Source of the DNA: Malacoraja senta
Lineage: Eukaryota
Direction of reading: 5' to 3'
NCBI GenBank assembly: GCA_038087875.1
Contig: CM075996.1
Coordinates: forward strand, 2,172,001-2,236,000
Length of the DNA stretch: 64,000 nucleotides
Position 1 is the first letter of the stretch. Each line of letters starts with the position of its first letter. This document shows positions 1 to 8,528 of the stretch, piece by piece. The translations under genes were made by a program, and so were the position numbers. The notes beneath the pieces are model-generated. The model was not told where the DNA came from, made no database searches, and saw nothing but the letters and a program-made list of their open reading frames with translations.

Positions 1-45
1 ACTGACTACAATCTCACGGTGTACCTACAGAATTCCACTGGAATG
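1..45 (+). CDS. FLT3LG: FLT3 ligand-like gene, coding exon (5' truncated by window edge): ...TDYNLTVYLQNSTGM
   Basis: Frame 1 is open to a phase-0 donor ATG|gtaaat at 46. DYNLTV resembles the DYPVTV strand of human Flt3L (DYMITL in KITLG), which also lies at the end of a short exon. The phase matches the exon at 1332. Confidence 0.7.
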
Positions 46-338
46 GTAAATCACAATTCCCTGTTACACAGTTAATGGTTCTGGTTCATTATCCCGTGGT
101 AAACTTTGTCTGCGTGTGATGCAGTCTCACCGTCCCGTACAGGAATGCGATCGAGCTGCACACAAGTGCCACATGTGGGTGTAAAGAGGAAAAACACCAG
201 CAATTATTCGAAGGGTTTCGGCCCGAAACGTTACCTATTTCCTTCGCTCCATAGATGCTGCTGCACCCGCTGAGTTTCTCCAGCATTTTTGTGTACATTC
301 CACCCAAAATGTTGGGGCGGCGGAGAATTTGCTGCCTC

Positions 339-668
339 AAGCCCCTGTCCCACTTTCACCACCTAATTGGCGACCTCTGCCGAGTTCGCCCTTGACCCAT
401 ACTCGCAGCATGGACGCCACGAGGTCCTAGGAGGTCTTCGTAACTCTTCCTCGTGCTCGTGAGTGGTCTCCGCGTACTCGTGGCCTCAAGTGGGTCGTGG
501 CGTTTTTTCCAGCCTGATACTAAAAATGTCCACGAGTAAAAAAAAAAAAAAAAGGTCAGCATGGAAAAAATTGATACTTTTTACTCGTAGGTAGGTCGCA
601 GATAGTCGTGGGTCGGTAACTGGCCCGAGAAAAAAAAATGACTCGTAGCTAGTCGTAGTTGGTCTTAG
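339..668. mobile_element. Probable non-autonomous DNA transposon fragment (Harbinger-like end GCCCCTGTCCCACT)
   Basis: CpG-rich segment with internal cgag/ctcg/gtag iterations, starting aagcccctgtcccact. The other terminus was not found. Confidence 0.3.
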
Positions 669-1331
669 TGTTAAAGAAGGAACTGCAGATGCTGGAAAAT
701 CGAAGGTACACAAGAATGCTGGAAAAACTCAGCGGGTGCAGCAGCATCTATGGAGCGAAGGAAATGGGCAACGTTTCCTTCGCTCCATGCAGAGTTGAAC
801 AATCTCCACTATAGGAAATAGGCAACGTTTTGGGCCAAAACCCTTCCGGGTTTCGTCCCGAAACGTTGCCTATTTCCTTCGCTCCTGCACCCGCTGAGTT
901 ACTCCAGCATTTTTGTGTCCCCAGTAGCTTCGGTGTGGAAAGCCAGGCATCTGCACAATAATCTATCAATCCCTGGCTTTACAAATACACAATGATCTGG
1001 CCTCACTCACTCTATGGGCTGTGAGGCCAGATCATTGTGTATTTGTAAAGCAGGGATTGATAGATTATTGTGCAGATGCTGGTTTACACCGAAGGTGGAC
1101 ACAAAAATGCTGGAGTAACTCAGCGGGACAGGCAGCGTTTCTGGAGAGAAGGAATGGGTCGAGAGTAATATTTGAAATTCGAGAAATTGAATTGATATTC
1201 ATACCGCCGGGCTGGTAGGTGCCCAAACGAAATATGAAGTACTGTTCCTCCGATTTGTGTTTGGCCTCGCTCTGACAATGGAGGAACTCACCCCCCCCCC
1301 CCCCCTCCTCTCTTGTGTTGTGTTTCCACAG

Positions 1332-1475
1332 GACAGTTGCTGTCTGGATCTACAAGCCTTGTTATCGCTGAACCGATCGTTGGGACACCTCCACCGGAAC
1401 TCCGTGGTTCCGCTCCAATCTCTCGTCACCATCGTCATTAAGGAGATACAGCTCTTCGATGATTGCCCAGTCAAG
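1332..1475 (+). CDS. FLT3LG: FLT3 ligand-like coding exon (helices B-C): DSCCLDLQALLSLNRSLGHLHRNSVVPLQSLVTIVIKEIQLFDDCPVK
   Basis: Acceptor tgtttccacag| and donor AAG|gtgagt; 144 nt, phase 0/0. Aligns without gaps to human Flt3L [48 protein letters not shown] (48 aa), identical at C4, L7, L10, R15, L20, Q29, L31, V35, E38, I39 and C45 (by eye, recalled sequence). Confidence 0.9.
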
Positions 1476-1979
1476 GTGAGTCTTCCAAGTGGGAGTTAAC
1501 TGTTGAGGAAGGAACTGCAGGTGCTGGTTTCGATCGAAGGGAAGACACAAAAAATGCCGGAGTAACTCAGCGGGACAGGCAGCCCTCTCTGGAGAGAAGG
1601 AACGGATGACGTTTCGGGTCGAGACCCAGTCTGAAGAAGGGTCTCGACCCGAAAACGTCGCCCATTCCTTCTCTCCAGAGAGGCTGCCCGTCCCGCTGAG
1701 TTACTCCGGCATTTTGTGTCTGAGAGTTTACTGTAATTGTCTGTTTATTGTTTTCCTTCATCCATCCATGTCCATTGCCAAATATCACCCCCCTCCCCCC
1801 CCCCACCCCCACACTAACTGTATAGCCCCCTCTCTGGACCTACTTTCAATGTCAACTTTAGTTGGCCCTCTGGTCCAATCTGTGACACGAGGAACTGGGG
1901 GAGCACTTTTAAAATGTTTTCATATTTTGCTTGGGCAGCAGTATGATTATGAATTACTCTAACTTCAAGTAACCCTTGC

Positions 1980-1996
1980 TTTCTCTCTCTCTCTGA

Positions 1997-2029
<33 letters not shown>

Positions 2030-2692
2030 TGTTTCTCTCTCTCTCTGTCTCTCTCTGTCTCTTTCTCTCTCTGTCTCTTTCTCTCTCTGTCTCTTTCTCT
2101 CTTTCTCTCTCTTTCTCTCTCTGTCTCTCTCTGTCTCTCTGTCTCTCTGTCTCTGTCTCTCTGTCTCTCTGTCTCTTTCTCTGTCTCTTTCTCTCTCTGT
2201 CTCTCTCTCTCTGTCTCGCTGTCTCTTTCTCTCTCTGTCTCTTTCTCTCTCTGTCTCTCTGTCTCTTTCTCTCTCTGTCTCTCTCTGTCTCTTTCTCTCT
2301 CTTTCTCTCTTTCTCTCTTTCTCTCTGTCTCTCTGTCTCTCTGTCTCTCTGTCTCTCTGTCTCTCTGTCTCTCTGTCTCTCTGTCTCTTTCTCTCTCTGT
2401 CTCTGTCTCTCTCTCTGTCTCTCTGTGTCTCTCTCTGTCTCTCTCTGTCTCTCTCTGTCTCTCTCTGTCTCTCTCTGTCTCTCTCTGTCTCTCTCTGTCT
2501 CTCTCTGTCTCTCTGTCTCTCTGTCTCTTTCTCTCTCTGTCTCTTTCTCTCTCTGTCTCTCTCTGTCTCTTTCTCTCTCTTTCTCTCTCTGTCTTTCTGT
2601 CTTTCTGTCTTTCTGTCTCTCTGTCTCTCTCTCTCTCCGTCTCTCTCCGTCTCTCTCTGCCTCTCTCTGCCTCTCTCCGTCTCTCTCTCTCC
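1980..2692. repeat. ~710-bp (CT)n/(CTGT)n compound polypyrimidine microsatellite in an FLT3LG intron
   Basis: Seen directly; it explains the ER-rich ORFs 1814-2788 and 1954-2703. Confidence 0.97.
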
Positions 2693-3594
2693 CAAGTCGT
2701 CATACTTGGTGAGCCAAAGGGCCTGTATCTCTAAACTGCAGGCCCTTTGGCCACCGAGTCCGTGCCGACCATCGATCACCCAGTGCACTTATTCTATCCC
2801 GCACACACCAGGGACAATTCCCAGAAGCCTGTTAACCTGCAGACCTGCATGTTTTTGGAATGTGGGAGAGAACCGGAGCACCCGGAGAAAACCTCCCGCT
2901 GCCCTTGCTGTCAACTGTCGAGTTTTTCAGCATGGAAACACCAGGGACTTTGGGGTCAGGACCTTTCTTCTTCAGTCTGAAGAAAGGTCCCAACCTGAAA
3001 CGTCACCTATCCATGTTCCCCACAGATGCTGCCTGACCCGCTGAGTTACTCCAGCACTCTGTGTCTATCCTCGGCAGTGGGGGTGGTTAGTGCGGGTGTC
3101 AGGGGTTACGGGGAGAAGGCAGGAGAATGGGGTTGAGAGGGAGAGATAGATCAGCCGTGATTGAATGGCGGAGTGGAGTTAGGTCTTCATTAGTTCTTCA
3201 TCAGTCTGAAGAACGGTCCTTTACCCGAAACGTCACCCATTCCTTCTCTCCGGAGATGCAGCCTGTCCCGCTGAGTTACTCCAGCATTTTGCGCCTACTG
3301 GCGGAGTAGACTTGATGGGCCGAATGGCCTAATTCTGGTCCTGGAACCTGTGAATGTATCTCACCACAAGGGTGTAGTGACTGGTCTGTGAAGCTGGAGG
3401 GGAGATTTGAGAACGGCTTGGTTGCATCTGGACACAGCTGTCTGGCAGTGGTTTGGAGAATCTTGTCATCGACAGCCAAGAAATTCTTCAGGGAAATTAA
3501 TTCCTGACGAATGACCCGAGTTTGATGCTAAATTGCTGCCAAAGGTGCAAGGGTCAGTGTAGGGGAATAACGTGGTTGAGAAAGTCGAAGTCGT

Positions 3595-4282
3595 TTAGTT
3601 TACAAATACAGCGCGGAAACATGTCCTTTCGGCCCACGCAGTCCGCACCGACCAGCGATCCCCGCACAGGGGACAATTTTATATTCCTACCAAGCCAAGT
3701 AACCTATCTTTGTAACCGGAGTTCCCGGAGAAAACCCACGCGCGTCACGGGGGAGAAGGTACAAACTCCGTACAGACAGCGCCCGCAGTCAGGATGGAAC
3801 CCCGGGCCTCTGGCGCTGTGAGGCAGCAGCTCTACCCGCTGCGCCACTGAGCGACGTTGGTGCAGATCCTGCGTTCATTCTCCGTGTTTCGAGATACAGC
3901 GCGGAAACGGGCCCTTCGGCCCACCGGGTCCGCGCCGACCAGCGATCCCCGAACACTAATGCTACCCTGCACCCCCCAGGGACAGTTTTTTTAAAATACA
4001 TTTACCAAGGCAATTTGACCTACAAACCTGTACGTCTTTGGAGTGTGGGAGGAAACCGAAGACCTCGGAGGTCACGGGGAGAAGGTACAAACTCCGTACA
4101 GACAAGTACCAGTAACCAGTACTGAGTTGGATGATCAGCCATGATCATATCGAATGGCGGTGCAGGCTCGATGGGCCGAATGGCCTACTCCTGCACCTAT
4201 TTTCTATGTTTCTAATCGGGATCGAACCCGGGTCTCTGGCGTTGCAAGCGCTGTGAGGCAGCAACTCTACCGCTGCGCCACC
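3595..4282 (-). mobile_element. Two adjacent HE1-type tRNA-derived V-SINE copies (3595-3848, 3888-4282); the second contains an inserted CR1 3' tail
   Basis: Reverse-strand head ggcgcagcggtagag...ggttcgatccc, V-domain gtttgtacgttctccccgtgac, and tail gggccgaagggc...tgtatctc. Confidence 0.8.
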
Positions 4283-4356
4283 CTGACCACCTAAGGAGTC
4301 GACCGCAGAACCATCGCTCAATCTCCTCATTCTCCCTATACTTTTGCCTCCAATAG

Positions 4357-4498
4357 GAATCCTCTGACTGTCAAGTAACGCAATGGAATTCTAGGCATCT
4401 TCTCGAGACGTTGCAGGGAAACCTGCAGTCTTTTGATGCGGAATATAAGAGTCAGCAGTGCAACTTCAGTGCATGCGTTTTGCACACCTGCTCACCAG
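4357..4498 (+). CDS. FLT3LG: FLT3 ligand-like coding exon (helix D): ESSDCQVTQWNSRHLLETLQGNLQSFDAEYKSQQCNFSACVLHTCSP(G)
   Basis: Pyrimidine tract plus caatag| acceptor, and donor CAG|gtaagt; 142 nt, phase 0/1. NFSACVLHTCSPG matches human NFSRCLELQCQPD, and ESSDC matches PPPSC. Confidence 0.9.
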
Positions 4499-5154
4499 GT
4501 AAGTGTTTAGGAAGGAACTGCAGATGCTGGAAAATCGAAGGTAGACAAAAGTGCTGGGAAACTCAGCAGGTGCAGCAGCATCTATGGAGCGAAGGAAATA
4601 GGCGACGTTTGGGCCCGAAACGTTGCCTATTTCCTTCGCTCCACAGATGCTGCTGCACCCGCTGAGTTTCTCCAGCACTTTTGTCCACCAGGTAAATGTG
4701 TTCAGTTCAGTTTATTGTCACGTGTACCGAGGTGCAGCGAAAAGCTTTTGTAGCGTGCTAACCAGTCAGCGGAAAGACAATCCACGATTACAATCGAGCC
4801 GTTTGCAGCGTACAGGTGCGTGATATGGCAATGCGAAGGAAGGAACTGCAGATGCTGGTTTACACCGAAGATAGACACAAAATGCTGGTGCAACTCAGCA
4901 GGACAGGCAGCGGCTCTGGATAGAATTCATGGGACGCTGCCTGTCCCTGCTGAGTTACTCCAGCATTTTGTGTCTATCTTCCATGATCAGGGAATAACGT
5001 TAATGCAAGAGAAAGGTTCGATCAGAGATAGTCAGAGGGTCACCAATGAGGTCGATAATTTCAATGCTGTCCCTCCAAAGTCTAAAGTCAGCGGGTCAGA
5101 CAGCAGTTGTGGGGAACATGGATAGGTGATGTTTCAGACTGGGTTACTCCAGCT

Positions 5155-5680
5155 CTCTGTGAAACGTCACCTATCCACGTTCCCCACAGATGCTGCCTGA
5201 CCCGCTGAGTTACTCCAGCACTCTGTGAAACGTCACCTATCCACGTTCCCCACAGATGCTGCCTGACCCGCTGAGTTACTCCAGCACTCTGTGAAACGTC
5301 ACCTATCCATGTTCCGGCAGCATCTATGGAGCGAAGGAAATAGGCAATGTTTCGGCCCGAAACCCTTCCGGGTTTCGGCCCGAAACGTTGCCTATTTCCT
5401 TCAGGGTTTCGGCCCGAAAGGTTGCCCATTTCCTTCGCTCCACAGATGCTGCCTGACCCGCTGAGTTACTCCAGCACTCTGTGAAACGTCACCTATCCAT
5501 GTTCCCCACAGATGCTGCTTGACCCTCTGAGTTACTCCAGCATTCTGTGAAACGTCACCTATCCATGTTCTCCGCAGATGCTGCCTGACCCGCTGAGTTA
5601 CTCCAGCACTCTGTGAAACGTCACCTATCCGCGTTCCCCACAGATGCTGCCTGACCCGCTGAGTTACTCCAGCACTCTGT
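5155..5680 (+). repeat. Tandem array of a 66-bp Penelope-terminus-derived unit (gaaacgtcacctatccatgttc...ccagcactctgt)
   Basis: gaaacgtc recurs at 5161, 5227 and 5293 (period 66) and again over 5480-5680. The same unit occurs at 51535-51725 and 59900-60095. Confidence 0.85.
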
Positions 5681-5741
5681 GTCTGTATTCATCAGCATTG
5701 ATCAATCAAGCTGTTTTCTCTTTGAATCCCTGGTGTTCTAG

Positions 5742-6364
5742 GACAAGTTAAGGCAGTGTTGACGACCGCAGCAGGTTCCACACTGACCTCAGTGGGTGAC
5801 TTGGGTCATTTCACCGGTGGAGCCGACCAAATGCCAACGGGCACCGCCGTGCCGACGTCTCCAAGCGCGGAAACAAATCCGCCATCGCCATCGGGCAGCA
5901 CACCCCCCAACTCCTTGCCCAATGCAAACCGTTCACCTCCAGCCTCCAGCAGTGGGAATAACCCATCGGCAGTCAATGGCAGCGTGACCAACTTGCCCGA
6001 CAGTACGGATGCAACTCCATCCGCGACCACCGTTGCCCTGAACAATGCGTCAATGGTGGGCAGCGGCAGTCTGGCAACCTCCACCCCCGGCCACGGACCC
6101 GAGCCGTCGTCGGCCAATGCCAGCCTGACCAACGGGACCAACGCCAGTCAACTCAACATTAGCCAGACCAGCGGAGATGACCAAACCCAAGCCAACTCAA
6201 CGTCTCCGAACTTGGGCGCTGGGGAGCATGTCCTAGCCTCCATCGACTGCCGCACCGAGGGCGTCTCCACGCCGAGGTCGCGGATGGCCACGGTGGTGAT
6301 GGTGATCAGCGTGTTGGCCAACGCCACCCTCCTTGGCTGCCTCCTGCGGAAGAGACGCCGGCAG
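5742..6364 (+). CDS. FLT3LG: FLT3 ligand-like exon encoding a Ser/Thr/Pro/Asn-rich stalk, a transmembrane helix (MATVVMVISVLANATLLGCLL) and a basic stop-transfer (RKRRRQ)
   Basis: Acceptor ttctag|GA completes a Gly codon with the phase-1 G from 4498. The 623-nt frame is open (ORF 5756-6400 in the track); donor CAG|gtgagt at 6365 is phase 0. Confidence 0.88.
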
Positions 6365-7464
6365 GTGAGTGGAGACGGTGGCGAGGCAGGAGGAGGGTGA
6401 TGGATGGAGGGGGGGGGGAGGGGGGGGAGGTGAGGGAAAGGTCTGGTCCCACCTGTGTCCATATGCGGGACCTTTATCAAATCCTTTCTGAAAGGTCCAG
6501 GTACACTACATCAACTGGCTCTCCCTTGTCCATGTCCTAAGTACATCCTCAAAAAATTCCAGAAGATTAGTTAAGCTTAGTTAGTTAATTAGATTAAGAT
6601 TAGTTAATGATTTCCCCTTTGTGTGCTTCCACTACGGGTGCTGACTGTACGGAGTTTGTACGTTCTTCCCGTGACCTGCGTGGGTTTATCTCCAGGAGCA
6701 CTGGTTTCCTCCACACTCTAAAGACGTACAGGTTTGTAGGCTAATTGGCTTCGGTAAAGTTTAAACTTGTCCCTAGTGTGTTAGGACAGTGTTAGTGAGC
6801 GGGGATCGCTGGTCGGTGTGGACTCAGTGGGCAGAAAGGCTGTTTCCGCGCTGTATCTCTCAAGTCTAAGTAAAATATTTGAAGTTAAATTGAAGAATTC
6901 AAAATCAACCTCATTTTCATTTGTTTGGTAGACAAAAATGCTGGAGAAACTCAGCGGGTGAGGCAGCATCTATGGAGCGAAGGAAATAGACAATAGGTGC
7001 AGGAGTAGGCCATTCGGCCCTTCGAGCCAGCACCGCCATTCAATGTGATCATGGCTGATCATCCCCAATCAGTACCCCGTTCCTGCCTTCTCCCCATATC
7101 CCCTGACTCCGCTATCTTTAAGAGCCCTATCTATCTCTCTTGAAAGTATCCAGAGAACCGGCCTCTGAGGCAGAGAATTCCACAGACTCACCACTCTCTG
7201 TGAGAAAAAGTGTTTCCTCGTCTCCGTTCTAAATGGCTTACCCTAATTCTTAAATAGGCAACGTTTCGGGTCGAAACCCCTTCTTCAGATTCTTTTTCGA
7301 TGGTCAGCGTGGACCGAAGTGCCAATTTCAATTTCCTCGATGACTTTTTAAGGGGGGGCATCAATCAGCTTTAGAGGGAGACATTTCCAGATTGGGTGGG
7401 CTAAAGGGGAATGTTTCAGCGCTGTATCTCTAAACTAAACCACCCTTGTTTGTCTGTCGACTAG

Positions 7465-7554
7465 GCTGCTGCGCAGATGACTGAAATGGAGCCACTGGCA
7501 TCGGTCGGGGTGGAGCAGTGGGTCAGAGAGGCGGAGGAGCAGAAGGTGACATGA
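7465..7554 (+). CDS. FLT3LG: FLT3 ligand-like last coding exon, cytoplasmic tail AAAQMTEMEPLASVGVEQWVREAEEQKVT-stop
   Basis: Acceptor ttgtttgtctgtcgactag|, phase 0, unique sequence between repeats. TGA at 7552-7554; the exon continues to donor AAG|gtgagt at 7564. Confidence 0.7.
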   Translation, partial: AAAQMTEMEPLASVGVEQWVREAEEQKVT

Positions 7555-7947
7555 CGGGGAAAGGTGAGTGAAGTCACGGTCAAACCTGCTTTAGACTTTA
7601 GAGATAAAGCGCGGAAACGGGCCCTCGGCCCAACGAGTCCGCACCGATCACCCCGTACACTAGCACTATCCTACACACACGGTTCCTCCCACACTCCAAA
7701 GCCGCACAAGTTTGTTGGTTAATTGACTTTGGTAAAATTGTAAATTCCCCCTAGTGTGTGTCGGATAGTGTTTAGTGTACGGGGATCGCTGGTCGTACAG
7801 CCGAAGGGCCTGTTTTCAACGCTGGGGTCTCTAAACTACGATGCGGACTGATCAGCCATGATCATATTGAATGGTGGTGCTGGCTCAAAGCGCCGAATGG
7901 CACCTATGTTGCTATGTTCAATGGGACTTTGCGGAGATTGGGGCCAG

Positions 7948-8475
7948 TTTGTGTGTCTGTGTGTGTGTGTGTGCGTGCATCTGTGTGTGCATGTGCATGT
8001 GTGTGTGTGCGCGTGTGTATGCGTCTGTGTGTGTGTATGTGTGTGTGCGCATGCATGTGTGTGTGTGCGTGCGTGCATGTTTGTGTGTGTGCGTGCGTGT
8101 GCGTGAGCGTGTGTGTGTGTGTGAGCGTGTGTGTGTGTGAGCGTGTGTGCGTGTGTGAGCGTGTGCGTTGCGTGTGTGTGTGTATGTGAGCATGTGTGTG
8201 TGAGCATGTGTGCGTGTGTGCGTGCGTGTGTGTGGACGTGTGTGTGTGTGTGGGCGTGTGCTTTCGTGTGTGTGTGTGTGCGTGTATGTGTGGTGCGTGT
8301 GTGTGTGTGTGCGTGCGTGTATGTGTGCGTGTGTGGCGTGTATGCGTGCGCGGCGGCGTGTATGTGTGCATGCGTCTGTGTGCGTGCGTCTGTGTGCGTG
8401 CGTGTGTGTGTGCGTGCGTGATGTGTGGTGCGTGTGCGTGTGTGTGCGTGCGTGCATCTGTGTGCGTGTGTGTGG
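7948..8475. repeat. ~530-bp (TG)n/(CG)-interrupted alternating purine-pyrimidine microsatellite
   Basis: Seen directly; source of the HT- and CV-rich ORFs. Confidence 0.97.
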
Positions 8476-8528
8476 TGTATCTCTGATACTGACGCTGCAG
8501 CTGATGAGGGTGTTTCTCCTTGTTGCAG

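Noticed and set aside
1..45. TDYNLTVYLQN read as a fibronectin type III F-strand
   Set aside because: The downstream in-phase exons are clearly Flt3L-like, and the motif fits the DYPVTV strand equally well.
143..180. Possible small exon after cccgtacag|
   Set aside because: Weak donor, no family similarity, and not needed for the Flt3L alignment.
1814..2788. 324-aa and 249-aa ER-rich ORFs
   Set aside because: Translations of a CT microsatellite.
5155..5680. CRISPR-like array
   Set aside because: Eukaryotic DNA; the units are identical with no unique spacers.
5756..6400. Stand-alone mucin (CD43/PSGL-1-like) single-exon gene
   Set aside because: No ATG or signal peptide, and it is flanked by splice sites in phase with the upstream cytokine exons.
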